Assembly: GCA_947627545.1 (NCBI GenBank)
Contig: CANQWK010000001.1
Coordinates: forward strand, 81,554 to 145,553
DNA length: 64,000 bases
From: an uncultured Clostridia bacterium
GTDB taxonomy: Bacteria; Bacillota; Clostridia; Christensenellales; UBA1242
Direction of reading: 5' to 3'
Made by a program: the position numbers and the translations under genes. A model generated the notes under the pieces. The model was not told the origin of the DNA and searched no databases. It saw nothing but the letters and a program-made list of their open reading frames with translations. Shown here piece after piece: positions 39,150-50,026 of the stretch (positions are counted from its first letter, which is position 1; each line of letters begins with the position of its first letter).

Positions 39150-41738
39150 TTAATTTGAATAAATTGCCGTAAAGTATGTTCCCATTCTTATGGTTACGCT
39201 ATCGCCTGCGTGGTAAATCTTTCCGTCTGCACTGCAATACCAACCTACAAAGTTTTGCGTGTTTTTAGGTTGTGCAAGCGTATATGTTCCGCCTTCTCTT
39301 ACTTTTTTAGGCACAAATGTTGATGAGAAAACATCGTCATCGCTTGTTGAAACAATCCAATTATTGTAACTTACGCCGTTTTCTACAACCTGAGGTATTG
39401 GGCGTTCCACTTTCATGTCTATTGCCACATATTTATTAATATCTGGAATTTCACGTACTGTTTTTTGTTCGCCCAACCTTAGTCCATAATAATAGTGAGC
39501 AGGAACATCTAATTCTTCAAAAGTATAACTATCTTGCTGCCTTTCCGCAACTTTTTCTGGGTCATATTTCATATCAGGGGTAGAGCCATACATATTGCTC
39601 ATACCTGTTGATGCCAAAATGCTATTTACAAACACATTCATGCTATAGCCTGTAATTAAATTGTAGTATGTTTTATGCTCAGTTTTAAGTTCTATGTTTA
39701 CAATTCGTTTATTTTTAAAGGTTATATTTCCGCTTGCATCTTTAATTGCATTTCCTTTTTCTTCACCATTCAAATAAGTGTTAACGGCAAAGAAGTTATG
39801 CCCTATTTGACTGTTAGTTGCATCTACACTCTTTTCAAAGTAATTTGTATCGGTTGAATACAACCTATGTGCAACAACATTGTAGAACACCGAGCCATCG
39901 TCAAAGGTTATTTTATAATATTCTTCTGTTTGCAAAGTTTTTGTTATCCAAACCGGATAAGATGCCGCATATCTACCTGCATCGAAATCCCATACCAACA
40001 ATAAATCATCATAAGTAATATCTTCAATAGGTTTTGCTTGTCCGTTTGCTAAAGTAATTAAACTACCTTCAATAAAGCATGGGTCGGAGTCGGTTGAATA
40101 ATTGTAAACAAATGAAATATCTATATCTTTTCCATTTTGAACGGCATTATTGAAAATTCTTTCAACTTTTGTAGTCATGTCGGTTAAATGGCTTTTAGTT
40201 CCGCCCTCGGTTGTATATAAACTTACGCCACCAACTTTTATGCTTTCACTTTCTACCATTCTTTGTAGGCTTGTATCATCTTTATTATTTGCAACTTTTA
40301 AATTATAATTTGCATTTGCATTTTTACCAAATAGCATCATGCTATCTTCTTTATTTACACTTACATCTTTATCTTCTTCACCAGTTAATTCGCCTTTATA
40401 ATACAAGGTAAAGCAATTGACATTTGAAGATGTTGATAACACAACATTATAATCGTAATATATTGTTGCTTGTACCCCATGCCCTGGCCTGCTTGTGTTA
40501 ACTGCATTATGGGTTAAATGAAGTTTATTTTTTAAACTAACTTTAAACGGTGCATTTATTTTGTCTAACACTGTTTGGTTTGCACTAATAGCAATTAAAT
40601 CATCATTTTTTAAATTAAATGCGTTTTCATCTACATAAACAATGCTGTTTGGTAAACTTAAAATGTAGCCACCTTGTGTAATTGCATCTGCTACTATGGC
40701 TTTAACTGAATAGCCACCACCAACTGAACTTTCAACACTAACTGTTTTTGTGCTTTCATTTGGTTCAACAACAGCAGTTAAACTAATTTGATTTATTGAA
40801 TTAACAACTGCAATATCTGCATCACTAAATATTTTGTAATTTACCTGCCCACTGCTAGTTGACCTTTCGGTGTTGCTAAACACTACTTCATACTGCCCAG
40901 ATGTGGAATTTAAAACAAATTTAGTTTTAGATTTAGAAATATTAATGCTTACCCATTCTCCTGTTGCTTTATCTTTTACACCTACAACTGAGGCATCTCC
41001 TCTTGGAGTTGCGTAAATTTCAATGTTTTCATTGCTTTTATAGGCTTGAACCACACCTAAATCCAAATTGCTTGTTTGAACATCATGATAAGGTTCGGCT
41101 AAATTTATATTAAATACAAAACTGCCAGAAAATTCTGCATCTTTGCCCTTATCTTTAATTTCTGCTTTTATGTAAAAATATTTTTTGTTAATTTCATCGC
41201 CATCTTCCTTATGCGGAATAACTACACCATACGAAAAAGTTTGACTTTCTCCATCTTGTAAATGCATATTACTGCTTATTTGAGAAAAATCAGTAATAGG
41301 AGCGTCCTGCGTAGTGCTATAAACATTTACATTTTTTGTTGTACCCGTAAAATACATTTCGGCGCTATAATCTACACTAGAAGGCCCATTTGTAAAGCAA
41401 TATTCAAACACAGCATATTCATTTTCTTTAGTTAAATCTATGCTTGTTGCAACCGGCTTTAATGTAGCGTTTATAGTTTCATCTTCCGGCCTAAAAAGTA
41501 CAGTAGTTGCACCGTCTGGTTTTCCATCTACACGCATTGCAGTGCCAACATCTTTACTACCTACATAATATTTTGCACTTGCTGAACCGTTTACATCTTT
41601 ACAAATAAATGTAACCGAAATGTTACTGTTAAATGTTTGAACTTTTGCTGCAAAAATAGCAATAATTGCAACAATTGATATAACCGTAACAGCAAACATA
41701 ATAGTCATTATTAATGTTGTTTTTAGTCTAGAACTCAT
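39150..41738 (-). CDS. Large surface protein with internal Hint domain and C-terminal InlB-B-like repeat
   Basis: N-terminal TM; PCFIEGSLITLANGQAKPIEDI...YYNL..FVNSILAST; FVGWY..FTAIY. Confidence 0.75.
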   Translation of the reverse strand: MSSRLKTTLIMTIMFAVTVISIVAIIAIFAAKVQTFNSNISVTFICKDVNGSASAKYYVGSKDVGTAMRVDGKPDGATTVLFRPEDETINATLKPVATSIDLTKENEYAVFEYCFTNGPSSVDYSAEMYFTGTTKNVNVYSTTQDAPITDFSQISSNMHLQDGESQTFSYGVVIPHKEDGDEINKKYFYIKAEIKDKGKDAEFSGSFVFNINLAEPYHDVQTSNLDLGVVQAYKSNENIEIYATPRGDASVVGVKDKATGEWVSINISKSKTKFVLNSTSGQYEVVFSNTERSTSSGQVNYKIFSDADIAVVNSINQISLTAVVEPNESTKTVSVESSVGGGYSVKAIVADAITQGGYILSLPNSIVYVDENAFNLKNDDLIAISANQTVLDKINAPFKVSLKNKLHLTHNAVNTSRPGHGVQATIYYDYNVVLSTSSNVNCFTLYYKGELTGEEDKDVSVNKEDSMMLFGKNANANYNLKVANNKDDTSLQRMVESESIKVGGVSLYTTEGGTKSHLTDMTTKVERIFNNAVQNGKDIDISFVYNYSTDSDPCFIEGSLITLANGQAKPIEDITYDDLLLVWDFDAGRYAASYPVWITKTLQTEEYYKITFDDGSVFYNVVAHRLYSTDTNYFEKSVDATNSQIGHNFFAVNTYLNGEEKGNAIKDASGNITFKNKRIVNIELKTEHKTYYNLITGYSMNVFVNSILASTGMSNMYGSTPDMKYDPEKVAERQQDSYTFEELDVPAHYYYGLRLGEQKTVREIPDINKYVAIDMKVERPIPQVVENGVSYNNWIVSTSDDDVFSSTFVPKKVREGGTYTLAQPKNTQNFVGWYCSADGKIYHAGDSVTIRMGTYFTAIYSN

Positions 41739-41739
41739 A

Positions 41740-41749
41740 CCCCCCCCCC
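41740..41749 (-). repeat. G10 homopolymer 1 nt upstream of the start codon
   Basis: cccccccccc on + strand in a very AT-rich genome. Confidence 0.8.
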
Positions 41750-41840
41750 AACTAAATTAAATTTTATTACTTGAATACATTTTAATAATACGAAAAAAAT
41801 TAGTCAAGCCTTTTTGTTACAATATTAAAAAAAACTTATG

Positions 41841-42065
41841 TTATTTTCTAACATAAGTTAAAAATATTAGCACTGCTAACAACAAAACCGCCAAAAATAT
41901 TAAACTGCCCTTTTCAATTCTTTTTTGCGTTCCGTTATATATTTTAAAAAATTTCATAACCAAACTAAATATTATTGCCAAAAGTACAAGCCAAACTATT
42001 GCAAAAACATATCCTGGCCAACCCTGAATAAAATTTAGCAAACGATAATAATAAGATTTTATCAT
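41841..42065 (-). CDS. Small two-TM membrane protein
   Basis: GAGGG SD; hydrophobic segments. Confidence 0.6.
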   Translation of the reverse strand: MIKSYYYRLLNFIQGWPGYVFAIVWLVLLAIIFSLVMKFFKIYNGTQKRIEKGSLIFLAVLLLAVLIFLTYVRK

Positions 42066-42342
42066 AACCCTCACCAATTAAACTCATTTTAGCAAATAAT
42101 TATAAGTTTGTCAAGATATTGCAATTTTTTGGTAATTTTTTTAATTTTTTTAAAAATTTCTTATTTTTTTATTTTTTACCATTTTTATTTATTTTTTCCT
42201 TAATTTTTGGCAATTTTTTTTAATATTCTTTTTAATTTTTTATTTTTTTATAATTTTTTATGATTTTTATTATATTTTTTTAATTTTTTAATAATTTTTT
42301 ATTATTTATTATTTTATTTGTTTTTATATTTTTTTATTTTTA

Positions 42343-43818
42343 TTATTCAATTATTAAACTTGTGCCTTCAAAAGATTTGTTAGGTTTAACACCCATTAAA
42401 TTTACAAAGGTTGGTGCAACATCTTTAAGTCCGCCATATCTTTTCATTTTATATTCTTTGTTGCCTAAGGCTATGCAAAAAACTCGGTTAAAGGTGTGCG
42501 CCATGTTAGGCTCGCCATTTTTTGTTCGCATTTCTTCGCTGTTGCCGTGGTCGGCGGTTATAATTAAAAAGTAATTATTTTTTAATGCGTAATCACACAC
42601 TTTTTTTACACATTTATCTAAAAATTCAAGAGCCTTAACTGTTGCCTCATAATTGCCTGTATGACCTATCATGTCGGGGTTGGAATAATTTATATAAATT
42701 GCATCGTAGTTTTTGTCTATTGCTTTTAAGGTTTCGGCAGTTATTTCTTCTGCTCGCATTTTTGGAGTTGTAGCAAAATTTTCCACTTTTAAACTTGGAA
42801 CATGAACGCGGTCTTCATTAGGAAATGGTTGCTCTTCTCCGCCGTTAAAATAGTAAGTTACGTGTGCATATTTTGTAGATTCGCTAATTTTTATTTGTTT
42901 TAAACCTAATTTTGAAAGATGCTGGCACAAAGTGTTGTCAGCGTGCGGAGAAGGATATAATTCAATGGTGTTGGCGTTATCTACTCTAGCCATTGTTATT
43001 ATTGGACAATTAAATTGTTCTAATCTTTTTGCAATTTGCCTTAACCTATCTTCTCTAAAATTAAAGATAAACATTAAATCGTTTTTTGTTGGCATTGCAA
43101 TAGGATTGGTTTTTACATGTTTTGGTTTAATAAATTGGTCATCTACGCCTTCATTGTGTTGTTCGGTTAAATATTTTTCAATTTCGGCGGCAGTTATTTC
43201 GTTTTTACAATTAAACATTGCGTCTATTGCTTTATCCGTCCTATCCCAATTTTGTTCTCTATCCATTGAAAAGCCTCTGCCAGAAATGCTTGCAATTTGG
43301 CAATTTTTATAATTTTTTATAAACGATTTAACTTGTTTTAAATATTTTGCACTATCGGCTGGCGGAGTGTCCCTGCCGTCAGTTATAAGGTGAAGAAAAA
43401 TGTTTTTTGCTTTGTCTTGTGCTAGTTTAATTATTTCAAAAGCATGATTAATGTTGCTATGAACATTTTTATCACTCATCATGCCAATTAAATGCAAATT
43501 TCCGCCGTTTTTTTGCAATGTTGAAAATGCACGCATAAGTTTTTTGTTATTTTTAAATGCGCCAGATTTAAAATCGTTAGTGATTTTTTTTAAGGTGGAA
43601 AGCACAATTTGACCTGAACCCATTGTCATATGCCCCACTTCGCTGCCACCCATGTCGCCTTTAAATAGGCCAACGGCCTCGCCATCGGTTTTTAAAAGTG
43701 AGTGCGATTTAGTTTTTAAACTGTGAAGAAATGGAGTGTTGGCATTTGCCACCGCATTATATTCGTTAGGCTTTCCTTCGCCGTAGCCGTCTAAAATTAT
43801 TAAAATTCCTTTTTGCAT
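42343..43818 (-). CDS. gpmI: 2,3-bisphosphoglycerate-independent phosphoglycerate mutase
   Basis: LIILDGYG, MGGSEVGH, DGRD, NPDMIGHTG, TADHGN. Confidence 0.96.
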   Translation of the reverse strand: MQKGILIILDGYGEGKPNEYNAVANANTPFLHSLKTKSHSLLKTDGEAVGLFKGDMGGSEVGHMTMGSGQIVLSTLKKITNDFKSGAFKNNKKLMRAFSTLQKNGGNLHLIGMMSDKNVHSNINHAFEIIKLAQDKAKNIFLHLITDGRDTPPADSAKYLKQVKSFIKNYKNCQIASISGRGFSMDREQNWDRTDKAIDAMFNCKNEITAAEIEKYLTEQHNEGVDDQFIKPKHVKTNPIAMPTKNDLMFIFNFREDRLRQIAKRLEQFNCPIITMARVDNANTIELYPSPHADNTLCQHLSKLGLKQIKISESTKYAHVTYYFNGGEEQPFPNEDRVHVPSLKVENFATTPKMRAEEITAETLKAIDKNYDAIYINYSNPDMIGHTGNYEATVKALEFLDKCVKKVCDYALKNNYFLIITADHGNSEEMRTKNGEPNMAHTFNRVFCIALGNKEYKMKRYGGLKDVAPTFVNLMGVKPNKSFEGTSLIIE

Positions 43819-43972
43819 GTTTGCTCCTTTTTAATATTTTGCACTTATTTTAATTTAAAATTACAATTAAAATTAATTATGTTTTTGCTAATTTAATTAT
43901 AAAAACAATTTAATTAAAAAACAACTTATTTTTGATGATTAAAAAAGGCACTTTAATTTGTGCCTTTTGTTT

Positions 43973-45157
43973 TTATTCAAAATCTTCAATAAGTTCAACA
44001 CAAGGAAGGGTTTTGCCTTGCAACACCATTAAACTTGCTCCGCCGCCGGTTGAAATGTGTGTTATTTTTTTGCTAACGCCAAGTGATTGAAGTGCCGCAA
44101 CGCTATCACCTCCGCCAACAACGGTTGTGCCTTTATTTTTTGCTACATATTTGGCTATTTTGTTTGTGCCGTGCCTAAAACGTTCATATTCATAAACGCC
44201 AACAGGGCCATTCCAAATAATTGTTTTTGCCTTTTTTATAACTTTTTTAAACATTTTAATGGTTTTTTTGCCAATGTCCATTCCCTGATAATCATCTGCA
44301 AAAAAACCACTACTAAACACTTTAACTTCGCTATTTTCACTAAATTCTTTTGCACCTATATTATCTATTGGCAACAAAATTTTAACGTTCTTTTCTTTTG
44401 CCTTATCCATTATTTTTGCGGCTAATTCTAGTTTGGTGTTATCTACAACCGACATTCCAACATTGCCACCAATAGCCTTAACAAAAGTATATGCCATACC
44501 GCCACCTATTAAAATTGTGTCCACTTTATCTAACAAATTTTCAATAACCGGCAACTTGTCCGAAACCTTTGCTCCGCCTAAAATTGCAACAAATGGATGT
44601 TCTGGTTTGTTTAAAATTTTATCAAAAATTAAAAGTTCTTGTTCAACCAAAAAGCCGCAAACCGCTGGCAAAATTTTTGCAATGCCATAGGTTGAAGCAT
44701 GTTTTCTATGTGCTGTTGCATACGCTTCTAACACAAAAATATCTGCCAAAGCGGCAAGTTTTTTTGCAAATGCTTCGTCATTCTTTTCTTCCTGCTTATA
44801 AAACCTAATGTTTTCAAGCATCATTATTTCGCCATCTTTTAGGTTTTTAGACATCGCCAAAGTTGATTTATCTAAAATATCCTCAGCAAAACTTATGGGC
44901 TTGTTTAACAATTGGCTTAACCTAGCAAGCACCGGACGAAGTGAAAGTTTTGGTTCAACCTGACCATTTGGCCTGCCAAGGTGCGAACATAAAATAATTT
45001 TTGCTCCGTGTTCAACTAAATAATTAATGGTTGGAATTGTTGCAACAATACGGCTATCATCTACAATTTTTAAATCAGAATTAATAGGCACATTGTAATC
45101 TACCCTAACAAAAACTCGTTTGCCTGCAACATCAATATCTCTTATTGTTTTTTTCAT
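43973..45157 (-). CDS. pgk: Phosphoglycerate kinase
   Basis: RVDYNVP, SHLGRP, GGAKVSDK, HISTGGGASL. Confidence 0.97.
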   Translation of the reverse strand: MKKTIRDIDVAGKRVFVRVDYNVPINSDLKIVDDSRIVATIPTINYLVEHGAKIILCSHLGRPNGQVEPKLSLRPVLARLSQLLNKPISFAEDILDKSTLAMSKNLKDGEIMMLENIRFYKQEEKNDEAFAKKLAALADIFVLEAYATAHRKHASTYGIAKILPAVCGFLVEQELLIFDKILNKPEHPFVAILGGAKVSDKLPVIENLLDKVDTILIGGGMAYTFVKAIGGNVGMSVVDNTKLELAAKIMDKAKEKNVKILLPIDNIGAKEFSENSEVKVFSSGFFADDYQGMDIGKKTIKMFKKVIKKAKTIIWNGPVGVYEYERFRHGTNKIAKYVAKNKGTTVVGGGDSVAALQSLGVSKKITHISTGGGASLMVLQGKTLPCVELIEDFE

Positions 45158-45218
45158 ATATTCTCCAAATAAAAAGAATCCGCCTAATGTAATAATCTCA
45201 TTTTATCACATCTCAAAT

Positions 45219-45725
45219 TTATTTCAAAATGAATTTTGAATATTTGCAAAATTTTCTTGACAATTTTCGGTTTTGAACCAAATTTACTCCGTAATTGTCG
45301 CAAAATACATAAATTTTTCGTTTCGAACAGTGTTTCAAAATAGGTTTAATCTGTTTATTACATAATATGATTTTGTTTTTATTTTTATAATCGGTAAACT
45401 CATCGCCTACAATAAAAGACTTGTTTTTAAACACAAACTTTGCACCAATTTTAACATTTTTAAGTTCAACTTTGTTGCCACGACATAGCATAACTCTTTT
45501 AATTGTTGAATTAAATTTTTTTTCAAACACGCCAGCCACCACCACGCAGTGAAGGGCGTTTGAAAGAGCCGAAAGTTCTTTTGCAACGGCAATAAAACTT
45601 TCATTTGTGCAAATATTGTAAATTATTCCATAATTAAAAACTAAGATATTGCATTTTTTTAATTTTAAAAAGCAATTAAGATAAAAGGATTTATAACTTC
45701 CGCCTGCCACGCAAACAATTCTCAT
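45219..45725 (-). CDS. Basic hypothetical protein (degenerate carbon-nitrogen hydrolase-like N-terminus)
   Basis: ELSALSNALHCVVVAG segment; no catalytic triad seen. Confidence 0.4.
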   Translation of the reverse strand: MRIVCVAGGSYKSFYLNCFLKLKKCNILVFNYGIIYNICTNESFIAVAKELSALSNALHCVVVAGVFEKKFNSTIKRVMLCRGNKVELKNVKIGAKFVFKNKSFIVGDEFTDYKNKNKIILCNKQIKPILKHCSKRKIYVFCDNYGVNLVQNRKLSRKFCKYSKFILK

Positions 45726-45979
45726 AAAGCATAGTATGAAGAAAATTATGTTTTGTTGTTTTTATTCAGCCGTAAAAACAAATTAATTCAAAATTAATTA
45801 AATATAGAAAAAAACATTTTTAATTTGATATAAAAAAAATTATTATTTAATACAAAAACTATTTTTAATTTAACATGAGAAAAATTATTATTAATTATAT
45901 AAAAAAACAATTTATTTAATACAAATAAAAAACAATATAAAAATAATTATAATCTTATATAAGCAATTTTTACAAATAA

Positions 45980-46300
45980 TTAAATGCAATCCACCCCTGC
46001 GTTTAAAACGCTTTCTATGCTTGGATTTTTAATATAATACGTAATGTTTTTTCCATTGCGGTCGCACGAAACCAAATTTAACGATTTTAAAATTTTTAAT
46101 TGATGGCTTATTGTTGTTTGATTGCTATTTAAAAGCGTTGCAATTTCTCCTACGCAAAGCGGCTTTATTATTAACAAAATTATTATGCGCAGCCTAGTAT
46201 CGTCGCTAAACGCATAAAAAAATGTTGTTAAATTTTTCATATTGGCTTTGCTGGGCATTAGGTTTTTTATTGCATATTCTTCTTTAAAATTTAAATTCAT
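45980..46300 (-). CDS. ArsR/SmtB transcriptional regulator
   Basis: FSDDTRLRII..LCVGEIA..QTTISHQLKIL..R.GK. Confidence 0.9.
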   Translation of the reverse strand: MNLNFKEEYAIKNLMPSKANMKNLTTFFYAFSDDTRLRIIILLIIKPLCVGEIATLLNSNQTTISHQLKILKSLNLVSCDRNGKNITYYIKNPSIESVLNAGVDCI

Positions 46301-46403
46301 ATAAAAATATTAGCATTTCAATATTTTATAAAAAATTAATCACATTATCTAATTTTGACGAATAAATAAGATAAAGAAAAAAATTTATATAAGGAGCAAG
46401 AAA

Positions 46404-46592
46404 ATGAACTCAACCGCACTTTACATTTTGTTTGCAATTCTTATTTCAGTAATAGCTCAGGCAACTAACACCGATTTAGCAAACAACACCTCATTCCTTT
46501 TGCTTTTGTTGCTAGCACTTGGAGCCTATGGACAAAATAATCCAGGCCGAGATAACTGCTATGTTTATGGCCAGCAACGAAGTTTTATTTAA
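46404..46592 (+). CDS. Small hydrophobic protein
   Basis: AAGGAG SD; terminator aaaagtgca-gaa-tgcactttt downstream. Confidence 0.65.
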   Translation: MNSTALYILFAILISVIAQATNTDLANNTSFLLLLLLALGAYGQNNPGRDNCYVYGQQRSFI

Positions 46593-46758
46593 AAAAAAGT
46601 GCAGAATGCACTTTTTTATTTTTTGTTGGCTTTGTTTATTTTTGTATTTTTTATTTTTTAGTTTTATCTAGTTTTTTATTTAATTTAAATTGAATTTAAC
46701 TATATTTTTATTTAACTTTAAGTTTTTAGTTTAACAAAATATTTTTTTAGTTTAATAA

Positions 46759-48321
46759 TTATTTCAATTTTAATTTTAATTTTTCTTTTTTAAATATGTT
46801 TTTATTCATTATTTTTAAATTTTTATCTATAATTGGCTTAAATTCCATTTGAGATAAAATATCTTTTTGTAAATCCATGTTAGGTGCAATTTCGGTTAAA
46901 ACAATTCCTTTTGGCGAAAGTTTAAACACTGCTCGTTCGGTGATATATGTTACATCTTGTTTATTTTTTATTGCATTTTTTGCCGAAAATGTTATTTGTT
47001 GAACATTTTTAACCAATTTTTTTATTTTGCCTTCATTTTCAATTTCTAAACCCTTATTTGATGTTTTTATTTGCAAGCCTGAAGAAGTAAATGTGCCTAA
47101 AAACAAAAGTTTTTTTGTGGTTTGAGTTATATTAATAAAGCCTCCAGGACCGGTAACTCGTTTGCCAAATTTGGAAACATTAACATTTCCAAATTTATCT
47201 AATTCTGCCATGCCAAGCACTGCCATATCTAGCGCTCCGCCGTCATATAAATCGAACATTGCCGCGTCTTCTATAATTGAATCGGCGTTATATGCCACGC
47301 CAAATGTAACTCCGCTTTGCGCCACTCCACCTGTAATTCCTGTTTCTATTGAAGAAGTTATTTCTTTTATGCAGCCTTCTTCGTTTAGCACGCTAGCCAC
47401 AGCTTCAGGTAAGCCGATGCCAAAATTAATTAAACTGCCCTTATCTATTTCCATAGCCGCACGCCTTGCACAAATTTTTCTTTCGTTTAACTCTATTGGA
47501 GCAATGTTTTCTAACTCAATTTTGGATTTTCCCACTAAACTTGGTGTATGCTCAGGAATGTTGTATTCCTTTTTTGTTTTGTCCGGTTTTGCAACCACAA
47601 CATAGTCCACCAATACAGATGGAATAAGCACATCTTTTGCTTTAAATTTGCCATATTCAACAATTTTTTCTACCTGAACAATAACAATTCCACCTGAATT
47701 GTGTGCCGCAGCAGCAAGCAAAAATTGTTCGCCAATTATAGGTTCCCATTCAAGCGAAATATTGCCTTTTGTATCGGCATAGGTGGCTTTTATTATTGCA
47801 ACATCAATTTTATAAGATTTATAAAAAAGATATTCTTTATTATCTATTGTCATTAACTCTAAAATTTGTTTATCTGCCTTAGCTTTTTCGTTGGCCGCTG
47901 CACCTTCTAGCCTAGGGTCTATAAAAGTGTTTAATCCAATTGAGGTTATAACTCCTGGTTTTTTTGACGCAGTTGCACGCAATAACTGAGTATAAACTCC
48001 AAGCGGAATTGCAAATGCAGGAAATTTATTTTCACCCACCGCCACACCAAATTTTTTGCCCATGCCTAAATGTGCACAAATCGCTTTACTTACCATACCA
48101 TCATTAGCAAAACAATTCATGCCAACATCATCATAAGTTAAATTGCCTGGCGAAATACCAGAAGTTACAGTAAGATTTTTTGGCAATTTTGTTTTTTCAA
48201 ACCTATTTTTTAATGCTAAAAGCACGGCTTCCGGACTACCACTGCCGCCTGAGCCACTTATTCCAACAGTTTCATTTGACTTTATTAGTTCGGCTGCTTG
48301 CATTGCATTAATAATCTTCAT
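46759..48321 (-). CDS. Acyl-CoA:acetate/propionate CoA-transferase (YdiF/Pct family)
   Basis: GLNTFIDPR, INFGIGLPE, GNVNVSKFG..GPGGFINI, YITERAVF. Confidence 0.9.
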   Translation of the reverse strand: MKIINAMQAAELIKSNETVGISGSGGSGSPEAVLLALKNRFEKTKLPKNLTVTSGISPGNLTYDDVGMNCFANDGMVSKAICAHLGMGKKFGVAVGENKFPAFAIPLGVYTQLLRATASKKPGVITSIGLNTFIDPRLEGAAANEKAKADKQILELMTIDNKEYLFYKSYKIDVAIIKATYADTKGNISLEWEPIIGEQFLLAAAAHNSGGIVIVQVEKIVEYGKFKAKDVLIPSVLVDYVVVAKPDKTKKEYNIPEHTPSLVGKSKIELENIAPIELNERKICARRAAMEIDKGSLINFGIGLPEAVASVLNEEGCIKEITSSIETGITGGVAQSGVTFGVAYNADSIIEDAAMFDLYDGGALDMAVLGMAELDKFGNVNVSKFGKRVTGPGGFINITQTTKKLLFLGTFTSSGLQIKTSNKGLEIENEGKIKKLVKNVQQITFSAKNAIKNKQDVTYITERAVFKLSPKGIVLTEIAPNMDLQKDILSQMEFKPIIDKNLKIMNKNIFKKEKLKLKLK

Positions 48322-48448
48322 AACCCCTCCATATGAATTTATTTTATCATTTTTTATAGAATAAATCAATTTTTACATATATTTTTAATATTTTAATTAT
48401 ATTTTACTTGTTTTTTTTATTTTTTTATTAACTTATTAATTTAATTTT

Positions 48449-48496
48449 ACTTGTTTTTTTACTTGTTTTTTTACTTGTTTTTTTACTTGTTTTTTT
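48449..48496 (+). repeat. Tandem repeat ACTTGTTTTTTT x4
   Basis: Directly visible. Confidence 0.8.
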
Positions 48497-48544
48497 ATGC
48501 TTTAAGCAAACAAAAAAACTGCTTTAATAAGCAGTTTTTATTTA

Positions 48545-50026
48545 TTATTTTTTATTAGTTTTCTTAGTTTGAGGTTTTGTTGTTGTTTTTGAATTTGTTT
48601 GTTTTGTAGCCTCTTTTTGAGTCCCTGTTTTAGCTTTTGTTGTTCTTGTTGCAGGTTTGGTTGTAAGGGCTGCATTTACTCTTGCAGGTTTTTGTGCTTT
48701 TGTTTCAGTTTTAGCATCAACAGTTTGCATTGTAGTGTCAGGAACAGACATAGTTTCCCCTTCTACCACAACTTTTTTCTTTCTAAGCACAAATTTATCC
48801 ATTAAGAATTTAACCAATATTCCAAGCACAATAGAAACTAATGTTACAACCCAGAAAACTTCAGCCCAAGAGTAAGGAGTTTTTGGAGATTTACCTCTAA
48901 TTTCAACATAGAAATAGATGAAAGGCATGTGCAACATATAAATGTAAAGTGCTGTTCCGCCCAAATAACCTATAACTTTTGCAGTAACATCATTGTTCAA
49001 AAGTTCGGTAACGAAATCTCTTTCCAACAAAGTCAAGCCAACCAAAACAATACATAGCAAGTGAACAAGCCACCTAGATAAACCACCGCCAACCTCGTTG
49101 TTAGTTATAGAATAAGCACCATCTATAATTGTTGGATTGATAGTATAAATAACTAAAATAGAAGCAACCACTAAATAAACAATTGAAAGAATAAGTTTAG
49201 TAGCGGTGTTAAATTTTAATTTTCTTAATTTTTCAACAGCGTAGTAAATTAGAACGCCGCCGCACATACCAACCAAAACAAATAGCAAGCCATTGTTAAA
49301 GCCAATAACAGCATTTGTTTCAGGGTTGCCAATTACGGCAGGGTTTGATGCGTTTTGAACACCAAAAGTTGACCAAGCAACTTGGCTAGCTCTAGTGTTG
49401 TTCCAAGCCCACCAACCACCTAAGAACACAAAGGTGAATGGAGCTACGAAACCAGCGAACACATCTTCGCTTTTGCACATAAACCAATAAATGAAATATG
49501 AGCAAATTAACAAGCCAGAAATAAACCACATTGCACCGTTTGCTTGACCATAAGCGGCACCAAAGCCGGCAGAATAAAGCCCAGTGAATTCCCACAAACC
49601 GTTAAATGTAGAATATATAGCATGAGCAAAGCTTACACCTTTAAAGATTGCAACCGAAATAATGCCAAGAATAATGCCAAGAGCTAGAACAGGTAACAAT
49701 GCCTTAATTCTATCCCAAAGATATTCCCACGCTCTACCGCTTGCCTTTCTTTTAGAATATTCTGGGTTAGCTTGTAAACGCTTAAAATGTTTAACCAAGA
49801 AATATCCAGCAGTTAAGGTGAAAATAAATAAAATTTCGCCAGCGCCAGCCATCCAATTAGAAGCACTAATTCTGCCAAGCATATCACGAGGTGCTAAAAT
49901 AGTGCCAATATGATAACCAACAATGGCAATAGCAAAAAAGAAACGCCAAAATTCAATAGCAATGTTTCTTTTGTTGCTTTGAGCAACAGTTTGAACAGGT
50001 TGCTCGTTTACGATTTCTTTTGTCAT
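48545..50026 (-). CDS. Acyltransferase family 3 (OafA-like) membrane protein with Lys/Thr-rich tail
   Basis: RNIAIEFWRFFF..H, FIFTLTAGYF, NGAMWFIS, LYIYMLH. Confidence 0.8.
   Translation of the reverse strand: MTKEIVNEQPVQTVAQSNKRNIAIEFWRFFFAIAIVGYHIGTILAPRDMLGRISASNWMAGAGEILFIFTLTAGYFLVKHFKRLQANPEYSKRKASGRAWEYLWDRIKALLPVLALGIILGIISVAIFKGVSFAHAIYSTFNGLWEFTGLYSAGFGAAYGQANGAMWFISGLLICSYFIYWFMCKSEDVFAGFVAPFTFVFLGGWWAWNNTRASQVAWSTFGVQNASNPAVIGNPETNAVIGFNNGLLFVLVGMCGGVLIYYAVEKLRKLKFNTATKLILSIVYLVVASILVIYTINPTIIDGAYSITNNEVGGGLSRWLVHLLCIVLVGLTLLERDFVTELLNNDVTAKVIGYLGGTALYIYMLHMPFIYFYVEIRGKSPKTPYSWAEVFWVVTLVSIVLGILVKFLMDKFVLRKKKVVVEGETMSVPDTTMQTVDAKTETKAQKPARVNAALTTKPATRTTKAKTGTQKEATKQTNSKTTTKPQTKKTNKK

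Noticed and set aside
39606-40079. Mobile intein with homing endonuclease
   Set aside because: Domain is ~160 aa with no LAGLIDADG/HNH insert and no terminal His-Asn followed by Cys/Ser/Thr.
42120-42342. Low-complexity T-rich intergenic tracts and short tandem duplications (also 48449-48496, 50911-51020, 60000-60197)
   Set aside because: Common throughout this AT-rich genome; no spacer structure or specific function evident.
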